A DNA stretch of 43,124 bases from Lachnospiraceae bacterium (GTDB lineage: Bacteria > Bacillota > Clostridia > Lachnospirales > Lachnospiraceae), in assembly GCA_900754855.1 (NCBI GenBank), contig CAAEEI010000016.1:1-43124 (forward strand), in the 5' to 3' direction. The notes beneath the pieces are model-generated. The model saw nothing but the letters and a program-made list of their open reading frames with translations, ran no database searches and was not told the origin of the DNA. The translations under genes and the position numbers were made by a program. Shown one piece after another: positions 19,573 through 29,280 of the stretch. Positions within the stretch are counted from its first letter, which is position 1. Every line of letters begins with the position of its first letter.

Positions 19573-20637
19573 TTATTTGCCTTCCAGATCCTCATAGGTT
19601 CCAAAATTTGTCTGTACAAAACTTGGAATCTCCCAATATGCCTTAAACGCATATTCTGCAATGGTAAATCCCATCACTGCGCCAGTTCCTTCTCCCAGAC
19701 ACATATTTGCCAGAATATACGGCTGTTTTCCCAGTGCGTCCAGCACCATTTTGCCAGCCGGTTCGTTGGAGCAGTGCGATGGAAACAGATACGGATCACA
19801 GGCCGGCGCTATTCTTACCGCCAACAACGCCGCCACAGAAGAAATAAAACCATCAATAAAGATCGGAATGCGGCAGGCTGCCGCTCCAATAAAGCAGCCG
19901 ACCAGACCGGCAATATCCAGTCCTCCTATTTTGGACAGCACATCCAGCGGATCTTTCACATCGACTTTATTTATGGCAATACTGTCTTTAATCACCTCAA
20001 TCTTATGTTCCAGATCTTTGCTGGTCAGACCGGCTCCTTTTCCGGTCACCTTCTCTACCGGCTGGTCAAGAAGGACTGCACAGATTGCGCTGCTGGTGGT
20101 CGTATTTCCAATACCCATTTCCCCGGTCGCCAAAAGAGTATATCCTTTAGCCTTCAGGTCTTCCACCATGGCAATTCCGGTCTCAATGGCTTTAATGGCC
20201 TCTTCCCGGGTCATTGCCGGGCCTTTTGCCATGTTATCTGTTCCATATCTGATTTTTCGGTTCAATACTTTTGGATTATCACAATCCGTGGCAATCCCAA
20301 TATCTACAGGAAAAACATCCGCTCCGGTTATGGAAGACATCACACAGATGGATGCGTTATGTTTCGTCATATTCTCTGTTACTGTCTTCGTTACAGCCTG
20401 TCCGGTCTGGGTTACGCCTTCGGCTACCACACCGTTATCCGCCGCCATCACAATCACACCCTTTTTCCCCAGATGTGGATTTTTATCTCCGTAGATGCCG
20501 GCAAATACCGTCACCATTTCCTCCAGTCGCCCAAGACTGTAGAGTGGTTTTCCCAAGGTGTTCCATCGGTCATGGGTATAATCCATGGCCTCTTTATCCA
20601 ACGGCTGTATGCTGTTTACTGCTTCCTGAAGCGTCAT
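19573..20637 (-). CDS. cobT: Nicotinate-nucleotide:dimethylbenzimidazole phosphoribosyltransferase
   Basis: KPLYSLGRLE, AADNGV, GEMGIGNTT, IDGFIS, SHCSNEP and LGEGTGA. The ATG at 20637 is better spaced from GAGGAG than the TTG at 20646. Confidence 0.95.
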   Translation of the reverse strand: MTLQEAVNSIQPLDKEAMDYTHDRWNTLGKPLYSLGRLEEMVTVFAGIYGDKNPHLGKKGVIVMAADNGVVAEGVTQTGQAVTKTVTENMTKHNASICVMSSITGADVFPVDIGIATDCDNPKVLNRKIRYGTDNMAKGPAMTREEAIKAIETGIAMVEDLKAKGYTLLATGEMGIGNTTTSSAICAVLLDQPVEKVTGKGAGLTSKDLEHKIEVIKDSIAINKVDVKDPLDVLSKIGGLDIAGLVGCFIGAAACRIPIFIDGFISSVAALLAVRIAPACDPYLFPSHCSNEPAGKMVLDALGKQPYILANMCLGEGTGAVMGFTIAEYAFKAYWEIPSFVQTNFGTYEDLEGK

Positions 20638-20665
20638 TTTCCTCAACTCCTCTATTGCTCTAATT

Positions 20666-21445
20666 TTATAATACCATGTACATTCCTACGGGAAATCCGG
20701 CAAATCTGGTGATGATCAGCACCAGCATAAGCAGAAAAATCTCTGCCAGCTCACTTCCGGCTCCCATGACATCTCCGGTGATTCCCCCGATTTTTCCGGT
20801 GATATATACCCGGAAAAGATAGGCCAGCAGGAAAAGAACGGCGAACATGACTATTCCCCACCAGGAAAAAGCGATCGTCATGGCAAGCACACCGAGAATC
20901 ACTGTGCCGATGACCGTACCCAGACTGACTGTGCCGACATAAATCCCGATTCCTGTTTTTCTTGGATAAATCGCCTTATAAACAATTGCTCCCTGAATCA
21001 TTTTTCCCGCCACCGGCATCATGAGAATCATCAGCCCTTTCATATCGCAGCAGGACAGACCCACGAACTTCAGCAAAATGTCAAAGCACATGGCAATCCC
21101 GCCATTCGTTCCTATACGGCTGTCCTTCATGATCTCCAGCATCCGCTCCTTCGTTCTGGCGGAATAGATACCATCCGCAGTGTCGGATAGTCCATCCAGA
21201 TGAAAGGCTCCCGTCACAAAGAAATTTGCCAGCAGGGCAAAAATAATCCCGTAAACTTCCGGCAAAACCAGACAAACCAGCAGATAAACCGCCAGATCCA
21301 CAAGACCAATCACCAGTCCAACAACAGGATAATAAAGAAAACCTTTATGCATATCCTCATCTTTTACTTCCCCCAGATCCACATTGACCGGAATCCTGGT
21401 CATAAACCCCAGGGTAAGCAAAAATCGTTTTAACTGTGTTTTCAT
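20666..21445 (-). CDS. cobS: Adenosylcobinamide-GDP ribazoletransferase (cobalamin synthase)
   Basis: FMTRIP, TGAFHLDGLSDTADG, MKDSRIGT and GGITGDVMGA. Polytopic membrane protein. Confidence 0.95.
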   Translation of the reverse strand: MKTQLKRFLLTLGFMTRIPVNVDLGEVKDEDMHKGFLYYPVVGLVIGLVDLAVYLLVCLVLPEVYGIIFALLANFFVTGAFHLDGLSDTADGIYSARTKERMLEIMKDSRIGTNGGIAMCFDILLKFVGLSCCDMKGLMILMMPVAGKMIQGAIVYKAIYPRKTGIGIYVGTVSLGTVIGTVILGVLAMTIAFSWWGIVMFAVLFLLAYLFRVYITGKIGGITGDVMGAGSELAEIFLLMLVLIITRFAGFPVGMYMVL

Positions 21446-23859
21446 TGGTTCTCTCCGCCTTCTTTCACATCCTGTAAAATTGCTTCCACAATTCCCTCCG
21501 CTGTATAGGAAACTGCCGTTTTTGCCAGCCTCAGCCCCCGATTTTCTGCCGTTTTACTGGTGACCGGACCAATGCTGATATATTTTCCTTTTACTTCATC
21601 CAGATTCTCTACCATGGCCGTGAACGCTTTCACCGCACTGGAGCTGGCAAAAGTAATATAATCTGCCGTCTTAATCAGGCGGGACAGTTCATCTGCCTTT
21701 CTCTCGTCAACCACCGTATGATATAAGGATACGCAGGTATGAGCAATTCCTGCTTTTTCCAGAGCGTCCGGCAGCACGGCGTTGGCTTCCTGCGCCCGCA
21801 GCAGCAACACCCGGTCTTCCTCTTTCATCTGTGGCACCATCGCTGCCGCCATATCCTGGGAAGAATAAGCCGTCGGCATAAAATCACTGTAAATGCCATA
21901 GCTTTCCAGAGCTTTTTTCGTTCCATCGCCAATCACAGCAAAACGAATATCCCGAAGCGAGCGAATATCTTTCCGCTGCTCTTTTAGTTTTGCAAAGAAA
22001 CAGTGTACGCCATTGGCGCTGGTCAATACGATCCACGTATAACTGTCCAGTTCGTCCATGGCCCGCGTGAACGCTTCTGTTTCCATTTTTTCCGTACGAA
22101 TCAGACTGAAAGAAATGGCTTCGGCTCCCTCTTCTTTTAATAAAGGAGATAATCGATCCACCATGGAGCGGCTGCCGGTCACCAGAACTCTCTGTCCGGA
22201 TAACGGTTTATTTCCATACCAGTTCAATACGTCGTGCAGGCTGACCACATCGCCCACTACGGTAATCGCCGGAGTCTGGATACCTTCTTTTTCTACCACT
22301 TCCACAATGTTTTCCAGCGTTCCTGTGGCAATCTTCTGTCTCGCCGTCGTTCCTTCCTGTAAAACCCCTACCGGAGTTTTCGGGTCTTTTCCCTTTTCCA
22401 TGAGAGAAGCGGCAATGTTTGGCAGATTTTTTAATCCCATCAGGAAAACCAATGTCCCTTCTTCTTTTGCCAGAGTACCATAGTCCAGTACTGTGGCTCC
22501 GTTTTTATGATTTCCCTCATGTCCGGTAATCACATGAAAAGAAGAAGCAAAATCTCTGTGGGTCACCGGGATTCCACAATATGCCGGCACAGAATATGAG
22601 GATGAAATACCCGGAACAACCACAAAGTCCACTCCGGCCTCTCTGAGTTCCTGGCCTTCCTCTCCTCCCCGTCCGAAAATATATGGATCGCCACCTTTTA
22701 AACGTACAACATTTTTCCCTTCCAATGCCAATTTGATCAGAAGTTCATTGGTCTCATATTGTTTCAGATGGTGATGGGAAGAACGCTTTCCTGCATAGAT
22801 TAATTCCGCATCTTCTTTCACTTCATTTAACAGCGAACTGGATGCCAGACTGTCATACACCACTGCGTCTGCTTCCCGTAACACTTTCAGTCCTTTTCTG
22901 GTGATAAGATCTTCATCTCCCGGACCTGCTCCCACCAGATAAACCATTCCTTTATTTACCGTTCTGGCTGTATCTTCCCCCAGCCGGGTCGCCGCCTGCA
23001 CCAGAGAATCCTGCTCTGCTTTTACATGCAAACAGGTTTTTTTCACGTGCAGACCATCTCTGGCATACATGGCTCTCATGGAAAAACCATCCGGATCTCT
23101 TTTACAAAGCGCTGCCGCCGGAGCATTGCAGCTTCCTCCTATGGTGATCAAAAAGGCTCTTTCTGCAGCCAGCAGCGCTTCAGCCTCCCTGTCATGAATC
23201 ACATTCAGGATTTCCGCCATCTCCGCATCGTCTGTCCGGCTTTCTACTGCCAGAATCCCCTGTCCGGCTGCCGGAAGAAAAACATCTTCATCCAGATATT
23301 CATAAAAAACGCCTTCTTCTTTCTGATAACCCAGACGTTCTATTCCTGCTGCTGCCAGAATAATTCCATCATACTGCCCCTCTTTTAATTTACGAAGACG
23401 GGTCTGTACATTTCCTCTGAGCATTTTAATCTGTACATGAGGATTGATCTCTTTGATGAGTAATTCTCTTCGAAGAGAGCTGGTTCCCACGATGCTTCCC
23501 GGTTCCAGTTCTTCCAGTTTTCTGCCGTCGGTCGTCACAAAGGTATCACGGACATCTGCTCTTTTTAAAACTGCGCCTATTCCCAGACCCTCCGGGAATT
23601 CCATCGGCATATCTTTCGCACTGTGCACCGCAATATCAATGGCTCCTGATAATAATTCAGCTTCCAGTTCCGCCGTAAATACCCCTTTTCCCCCAAAAGA
23701 GGTCAGCGACTTATCCAGTATCTGGTCTCCTTTGGTATCTATTTTGGCAATCTCCACCTTCAATCCCGGAAACGCTTTCAGCAGAGCATTTTTTACTATA
23801 TCTGTCTGAATTAAGGCAAGAAGGCTTTTTCTTGTTCCTATCTTAATGGTTCTATTCAT
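21442..23859 (-). CDS. hemC-cobA-hemD: Triple fusion: hydroxymethylbilane synthase + uroporphyrinogen-III C-methyltransferase + uroporphyrinogen-III synthase
   Basis: HemC: IGTRKSLLA, GGKGVF, VHSAKD, GTSSLRR, GGSCNAP. CobA: VYLVGAGPGD, RLKGGDP..FGRGGEE. HemD: PLSGQRVLVT, TSANGV, FASSSAV, IGPVT. Confidence 0.95.
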   Translation of the reverse strand: MNRTIKIGTRKSLLALIQTDIVKNALLKAFPGLKVEIAKIDTKGDQILDKSLTSFGGKGVFTAELEAELLSGAIDIAVHSAKDMPMEFPEGLGIGAVLKRADVRDTFVTTDGRKLEELEPGSIVGTSSLRRELLIKEINPHVQIKMLRGNVQTRLRKLKEGQYDGIILAAAGIERLGYQKEEGVFYEYLDEDVFLPAAGQGILAVESRTDDAEMAEILNVIHDREAEALLAAERAFLITIGGSCNAPAAALCKRDPDGFSMRAMYARDGLHVKKTCLHVKAEQDSLVQAATRLGEDTARTVNKGMVYLVGAGPGDEDLITRKGLKVLREADAVVYDSLASSSLLNEVKEDAELIYAGKRSSHHHLKQYETNELLIKLALEGKNVVRLKGGDPYIFGRGGEEGQELREAGVDFVVVPGISSSYSVPAYCGIPVTHRDFASSFHVITGHEGNHKNGATVLDYGTLAKEEGTLVFLMGLKNLPNIAASLMEKGKDPKTPVGVLQEGTTARQKIATGTLENIVEVVEKEGIQTPAITVVGDVVSLHDVLNWYGNKPLSGQRVLVTGSRSMVDRLSPLLKEEGAEAISFSLIRTEKMETEAFTRAMDELDSYTWIVLTSANGVHCFFAKLKEQRKDIRSLRDIRFAVIGDGTKKALESYGIYSDFMPTAYSSQDMAAAMVPQMKEEDRVLLLRAQEANAVLPDALEKAGIAHTCVSLYHTVVDERKADELSRLIKTADYITFASSSAVKAFTAMVENLDEVKGKYISIGPVTSKTAENRGLRLAKTAVSYTAEGIVEAILQDVKEGGENQ

Positions 23860-23891
23860 TTATTCCTCCCATCAGGTACGATTCTGTCCTG

Positions 23892-24650
23892 TTATTCGTC
23901 TATGTTCGCAAAACCATATTTGTCCTCGTATCCACGAGGTGTAATCATTTTTCCATCCCGAACGTAAGTGTTGGAATTTCCAATAATCACGATGCTGAAC
24001 ATATCAATCGGAGCATTTTTTAATTCTCCCAATGTCGTAATATAAGAAGACTCTTCTGCACGACCTGCGTGGCGTACCACACCTACAGGAGTTTCCGGTT
24101 CCCGGTAGATCATCAGAATATCTGCTGCCTTTGCCACATAGTCCGCACGCTTTTTGCTTTTTGGATTATAGAGACAGACGATGAAATCTCCCTGTCCCGC
24201 ACAGTCTATTCTTTTTAAGATCAAATTAAACGGCGTCATCAGGTCACTTAAACTGATCACCGTAAAATCGTGCATCAACGGAGCGCCTAATACGGAGGCT
24301 GCCGCACTTGCTGCGGTCACACCCGGTACAGTTTCAATTTCCACATCCGACTTCTTTTCATTGGCAATTTCAAGGAGAATACCGGCCATCCCATATATTC
24401 CGCTATCTCCGGAACTGACCATAGCTACGGTCTTTCCTTCATTTGCCAGATCCACCGCCATACGGCAGCGATCCATTTCCTTGGTCATCGGCGTGGCTAC
24501 ATATTCCTTATCCGGAAAAAACTCCTTCAACATCTCCACATATGTTGTATAGCCTGTAATCACATCTGCATTTTTTATTACATCAATTGCCTTCGCCGTC
24601 ATATGTTCATAACCGCCCGGGCCAAAACCCACTGCGTATAATTTCCCCAT
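23892..24650 (-). CDS. cbiH: Cobalt-precorrin-3 C17-methyltransferase
   Basis: VGFGPG, GYTTY, SSGDSGIYGMAG, GAPLMHDF, SLSDLMTP, LYNPKS and ITPRGY. Confidence 0.95.
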   Translation of the reverse strand: MGKLYAVGFGPGGYEHMTAKAIDVIKNADVITGYTTYVEMLKEFFPDKEYVATPMTKEMDRCRMAVDLANEGKTVAMVSSGDSGIYGMAGILLEIANEKKSDVEIETVPGVTAASAAASVLGAPLMHDFTVISLSDLMTPFNLILKRIDCAGQGDFIVCLYNPKSKKRADYVAKAADILMIYREPETPVGVVRHAGRAEESSYITTLGELKNAPIDMFSIVIIGNSNTYVRDGKMITPRGYEDKYGFANIDE

Positions 24651-24684
24651 GGTTATCCTCCATTATCTGTTTATCCTTGTGGTT

Positions 24685-25863
24685 TTAATGTTTCAGGCAT
24701 CGGAAAAAGACCGCCAGATCCTCCGGCGTATTATTTTCTCTTACCCAGTAAAAGAAATGATCGAAAGCCTTTTCCACACCTTTATGCTCTGTCACCTTCA
24801 TAAAATTATCTCTGACATTAGCCATCACCGGCAACGATTTCTGGAAAACCATCCACTGCTCAAACTGCAGTTCATATTCATCCAGAATCCCCGTGGCGGC
24901 CTGCGCTTCTTCCAGTTTTTTCTGATTATTTTCCCTGGCAATACGGGTAAAATCATCGATATTATAATAGGCAGTCTCCGGTATGTTTTTTATCTTTGCC
25001 TCAATATCCATCGGTACCGCCAAATCAACAAACACTCTTGGTTTTTCCTGTTTCATTGCCTTGCGCAGGCGATTGCTGGTCAGAGTATAATGCGGACTGG
25101 ACGTCGCACTGATGACCACGTCCATGGCGTCAAGGTAATCATACCGGTCTTCATATTCGATCGTAATAAAATTACTCTGTCCATGCTTTGTACTGATGAC
25201 CTTATTGCTTCTGGTTGTCACGTAAACTTCCGCTTCATCCAGCGACAAAAGGTTCATCAGGACAATGCCGCCGATTTTTCCCGTTGCCCCGATGATCATC
25301 ACTTTTTTATCTTTCAGGCTTCCCAGCTCTTCTTCCGCGACTTTCACTGCCAGCGTCGCAGTGGAAACAGACGTACGGGATAAATCCGTCTCTGTTTTCA
25401 CCTTTTTTGCACTGGTCACCGCCATGCGGAAAAACGTGTTCAGATATACTCCTGTTGTTCCAATGGCTCTTGCCTGCTGATGTGCGGTTTTTACCTGCCC
25501 CAAAATCTGATCTTCTCCAATCACCATGGAATCCAGACCTGCCGCCACCTGAAACAGATGATGAATGGCCTTTTTTCCATGGAAAAACAGGAGATAATTC
25601 CCAATGTCTTCTTCTTCCTGCGCGCCCGCACATTCCAATAATACATCTTCCATTAAGTTAAAAACTACGCTCTCCCTGTCCGTCTCCGCATAAACGTACA
25701 TTTCCGTCCGATTGCAGGTGGAAAGAACGACGCACTCAGACACTTCCAGATATTCTGTCATTCTCCGCATCATGTCTTCCTGCTGTTCTTTGGTAAACGC
25801 AAACATTTCTCTCACATGGAGTGGCGCAACTTTATGACTGATACTGATTATCTGAATACCCAT
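24685..25863 (-). CDS. hemA: Glutamyl-tRNA reductase
   Basis: LSTCNRTE, GLDSMVIGEDQILGQVK, SATSSPH and DLAVPMDI. Confidence 0.95.
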   Translation of the reverse strand: MGIQIISISHKVAPLHVREMFAFTKEQQEDMMRRMTEYLEVSECVVLSTCNRTEMYVYAETDRESVVFNLMEDVLLECAGAQEEEDIGNYLLFFHGKKAIHHLFQVAAGLDSMVIGEDQILGQVKTAHQQARAIGTTGVYLNTFFRMAVTSAKKVKTETDLSRTSVSTATLAVKVAEEELGSLKDKKVMIIGATGKIGGIVLMNLLSLDEAEVYVTTRSNKVISTKHGQSNFITIEYEDRYDYLDAMDVVISATSSPHYTLTSNRLRKAMKQEKPRVFVDLAVPMDIEAKIKNIPETAYYNIDDFTRIARENNQKKLEEAQAATGILDEYELQFEQWMVFQKSLPVMANVRDNFMKVTEHKGVEKAFDHFFYWVRENNTPEDLAVFFRCLKH

Positions 25864-25865
25864 GA

Positions 25866-26618
25866 TTATTCCTTTGCTTTTCTAAATTCATGTGTAAATG
25901 TTTTATCATACAATTTTGATAATTCGTACTCATCTCCCAGGAAATCACCGACAACGGTCAGCGCCGTTTTCGTGATGCCTGCTTCTTTTACTTTTTCCGC
26001 AATATTCGTCAGATTACCGATAACGATTTTCTGGTCTTCCCAGGAAGCTTTATATACAACAGCCACCGGAGTATCTTCCCGATACTCTTCTTTTAATGTA
26101 TCGGCCAGCTGCTGGATCATTCCCACGCTCAGGAAAATAATCATGGTCGAATTATGTTTCGCCAGATCTCTCAGTTTTTCTTTCGGAGGCATTGGTGTTC
26201 TTCCTTCCATTCTGGTCAGAATCACTGTCTGTGAAACTCCCGGCAGCGTATACTCTTTCTGCAGAGCTGCCGCTGTTGCCAGAAATGAGCTGACTCCCGG
26301 AATAACTTCATGGGCAATTCCCAGGCGGTCCAGTTCATCCATCTGTTCCCGATGCGCGCCGAAAATCGCCGGGTCTCCCGTATGTACTCTGGCCACATCC
26401 AATCCCCGGGCGTCTGCCTCTTTCATTACGTCAATGACCTCTTCCAGCGTCATCGTTGCACTATTGTAAATCTTCGCCCCTTCTTTTGCTCCTGCCAGCA
26501 CCTCTTTGTTCACCAAAGAACCAGCGTAGATGATCACATCTGCCTGATCAATTAATTTTTTCCCTTTTAAAGTTAAAAGTTCCGGGTCTCCAGGACCTGC
26601 TCCAATAAAATGTACCAT
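25866..26618 (-). CDS. cbiF: Cobalt-precorrin-4 C11-methyltransferase
   Basis: VHFIGAGPGDPELLT, YAGSLV, RVHTGDP and SKLYDKTFTHEFR. The start is uncertain (ATG 26618 or GTG 26660). Confidence 0.93.
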   Translation of the reverse strand: MVHFIGAGPGDPELLTLKGKKLIDQADVIIYAGSLVNKEVLAGAKEGAKIYNSATMTLEEVIDVMKEADARGLDVARVHTGDPAIFGAHREQMDELDRLGIAHEVIPGVSSFLATAAALQKEYTLPGVSQTVILTRMEGRTPMPPKEKLRDLAKHNSTMIIFLSVGMIQQLADTLKEEYREDTPVAVVYKASWEDQKIVIGNLTNIAEKVKEAGITKTALTVVGDFLGDEYELSKLYDKTFTHEFRKAKE

Positions 26619-26782
26619 ATCGTTCTTATATGACGTATTTACAGGAAATACGCCATACACTCCTTTCTCTTTCTCTTTATTATCATTTATATCACTGACA
26701 TTTCCTGTGATTTTATTTTTGTTTTCTCACCGTATTGTCAGCCGTGATCGCATTCCACCGATGGCATACGCTCTGGCGTACC

Positions 26783-28057
26783 CTACTCTCTTGTCAGTAC
26801 ATCGATCGTTCTGGCAATATCCTCATCTGAATGTGCACCGGAAATAAACATTGCCTCAAACTGGGACGGCGCAACATAAATACCATTTTCCAGCATATAA
26901 TTAAAATACTCTGCATAAGCTTTTGTATCAGAAGACACCGCTCCTGCATAGTCCTTTACTTCCTCATCCGTAAAGAAGGCGCACAGTAAGGAGCCCACCT
27001 GATTAATGTGCATATGCAGTCCAAATTTTTCCGCTCTCTTTCGATAAGCCTCTGCCAGTTTCTTTGTATTTGCTTCAATTCTGTCATAGAGACCGCTGTC
27101 TTCCTGAAGAAGTTCGATGGTTTTAATTCCCGCTGTGGTTGCAATCGGATTACCTGAAAGAGTACCCGCCTGATAAACTTTTCCTGTCGGAGCTACATTT
27201 TTCATGATTTCCTTTTTGCCGCCGTATACTGCCATAGGCATTCCTCCGCCGACGATTTTACCCAATGTGGTCATATCCGGTTTAATGCCGTACCATTCCT
27301 GTGCTCCGCCAATACCCAGACGGAATCCGGTGATTACTTCATCAAAGATCAGCACGGTTCTATTTTCTTCTGTGATTTCCCGGAGGAACTGTAAGAATCC
27401 CTCTTCCGGCGGAACCACACCCATATTGGCTGCCACAGGTTCCACGATCAGCGCGGCAATCTGATCTTTATTATTTTCGAATAATTCTCTTACGGAATCT
27501 TTATCATTATAAAGAGCAACCAGGGTCTGCTGTGCAAAAGAAGCCGGTACACCGCTGCTATCCGGCACAGACTGCGTAAGCGCTGCGGAACCCGCCTGCA
27601 CCAAAAGTCCATCGGAATGTCCATGATAACAGCCTTTAAATTTAATAATCTTATCTCTGCCTGTATACCCTCTGGCGGCCCGGATAGCGCTCATGGTTGC
27701 TTCCGTACCTGAATTTACCATACGAACCATTTCCATCGACGGCACACATTCACGGATCATCGCAGCCAGTGTATTTTCTTTTCCTGTTGGCGCCCCAAAA
27801 GTCAGTCCGTCAAAACATGCCTTGACTACGGCTTCAATGACCTCCGGATGTGCATGTCCGAGGATTCCCGGTCCCCATGAGCACACATAATCAATGTATT
27901 TGTTTCCATCTACATCATAGACATAAGATCCTTTGGCATGATCGATAAACAATGGATTTCTTCCTACGGAACCAAATGCACGTACCGGTGAATTTACGCC
28001 CCCCGGCATCAGATCTAAAGCAATTTTATAAAGTTCTTCTGATTTTGTTGTATTCAT
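26783..28057 (-). CDS. hemL: Glutamate-1-semialdehyde 2,1-aminomutase
   Basis: PGGVNSPVRAF, NSGTEATM, GCYHGH, FDEVITGFR, LGKIVGGG and YQAGTLSGNP. Confidence 0.97.
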   Translation of the reverse strand: MNTTKSEELYKIALDLMPGGVNSPVRAFGSVGRNPLFIDHAKGSYVYDVDGNKYIDYVCSWGPGILGHAHPEVIEAVVKACFDGLTFGAPTGKENTLAAMIRECVPSMEMVRMVNSGTEATMSAIRAARGYTGRDKIIKFKGCYHGHSDGLLVQAGSAALTQSVPDSSGVPASFAQQTLVALYNDKDSVRELFENNKDQIAALIVEPVAANMGVVPPEEGFLQFLREITEENRTVLIFDEVITGFRLGIGGAQEWYGIKPDMTTLGKIVGGGMPMAVYGGKKEIMKNVAPTGKVYQAGTLSGNPIATTAGIKTIELLQEDSGLYDRIEANTKKLAEAYRKRAEKFGLHMHINQVGSLLCAFFTDEEVKDYAGAVSSDTKAYAEYFNYMLENGIYVAPSQFEAMFISGAHSDEDIARTIDVLTRE

Positions 28058-28106
28058 TTTTTAACCTCCTGAAAATAAGAGTATTCTCTTTACAAACGCT
28101 TCGTTT

Positions 28107-28135
28107 AGTATACCATGAATCCTTTACATGCTAAA
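28107..28135 (-). promoter_or_regulatory. Putative extended -10 promoter of the hemL...hemB operon
   Basis: TGgTATACT (28107-28115) with a weak -35 TTTAGC at 17 bp. Confidence 0.5.
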
Positions 28136-28211
28136 GATAGTTTTTCATTTTGCAAAGCAAAAAAATATCATTTCTGCACAAAATATTTTGTTCATATGCC
28201 TTTCTACTTTC

Positions 28212-28240
28212 TTGACACCTGTTCTTATTCCATATATGAT
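28212..28240 (+). promoter_or_regulatory. Sigma-A promoter of lysR-cbiG
   Basis: TTGACA, 17 bp spacer, TATGAT. Confidence 0.7.
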
Positions 28241-28359
28241 GGATATATTCGAAGCAATATTCATCTATTTTCACATAATACCGGCAATAACCAAACAAAA
28301 ATCTGCATATTATTCATCTGATTGCATTATTACTTCATCTGAGGCAGAGGAGAATCATT

Positions 28360-29253
28360 ATGGAATTACGACAAATACAATACTTTATACAGCTTTATCA
28401 GGATCTGAACATCACCAAGGCAAGTAAAAATTTGTACATTTCCCAACAGGGGTTAAGCAAATCTGTCAGTCGGTTAGAGGAAGAACTTGGCTTTTTATTG
28501 TTTGAACGCCATCCTTCCGGGGTAATTCCTACCGATGACGCCAACACCTTATATACTTATTTTGAAAAAATTTCCAGTTCTTATCATGAACTTCTTCTTG
28601 CCATTGACAGCATTCACCAAAATCGCATCCTGAAAATCTGTTCTTTTCATGGTTTTGCCCTGTCCTGTGACATCAATTTGTTTTCTGAATACAAGAAAAT
28701 ACACACAGATACACAAATCCGATATGAAGAAATCACAAACGATGCCATATTACCCCATCTCCTTGACCGAAAGGCTGACGTCGCCTTCATGCTGGCGCCC
28801 ATTCCCAAAGAGCTGGTTTCTTTACAGGTCATTCGCCGCGAACCCCTTTACATGGTCATGGACCGATCCCATCCTCTGGCGACCCGGAAAACCGTTGCCA
28901 TTCAGGACATGCAGGAGCAGACTCTTTTGCTTTTGGACAATATTCCGGAACAAAATGCGCTTCTCATGCAAAAAGCGGATACGGCAAATATCTCCTATGA
29001 AATCTTTGATACGGTGGGCATGAATGAATTTTTCCATCTGCTGCATGCCTCTCCTTATATCGGATTCAGTTCCCGGCTGATTTACCAGTATTATCGTTTT
29101 CCGGAAATTGTTTTTGTTCCTTTTTCACTGGAAAATTATCCCGATCTGGCATTGGAAACCCATTTAACCGCTCTGGCTTCCGCCACGCCTGATCAGGAAA
29201 CACGACAATATATTGATTATATTACCGAACGACACCGCCGGCTGACTCCATAG
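28360..29253 (+). CDS. LysR-family transcriptional regulator
   Basis: 297 aa with N-terminal HTH MELRQIQYF..NITKASKNLYISQQGLSKSVSRLEEELG..LFER. Divergent from the cob operon. Confidence 0.93.
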   Translation: MELRQIQYFIQLYQDLNITKASKNLYISQQGLSKSVSRLEEELGFLLFERHPSGVIPTDDANTLYTYFEKISSSYHELLLAIDSIHQNRILKICSFHGFALSCDINLFSEYKKIHTDTQIRYEEITNDAILPHLLDRKADVAFMLAPIPKELVSLQVIRREPLYMVMDRSHPLATRKTVAIQDMQEQTLLLLDNIPEQNALLMQKADTANISYEIFDTVGMNEFFHLLHASPYIGFSSRLIYQYYRFPEIVFVPFSLENYPDLALETHLTALASATPDQETRQYIDYITERHRRLTP

Positions 29254-29280
29254 CATTATTCACAGAAAGGAAACACTCTT

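Noticed and set aside
19510..20712. Long plus-strand ORFs (400 aa and 277 aa) opposite cobT
   Set aside because: Antisense shadows of a well-conserved gene, with no recognisable motifs or SD.
24649..25383. 244-aa plus-strand ORF opposite hemA, and the many other short antisense ORFs in the cob operon
   Set aside because: Shadow ORFs of conserved minus-strand genes with no domain signal.
28058..28359. Cobalamin riboswitch upstream of the cob operon
   Set aside because: No conserved B12-element motifs on either strand by eye, and the predicted leader is too short. An Infernal scan would be decisive.
28128..28427. 99-aa and 68-aa plus-strand ORFs in the hemL-lysR spacer
   Set aside because: They begin upstream of the lysR promoter, are AT-rich with no SD, and the longer one overlaps lysR out of frame.
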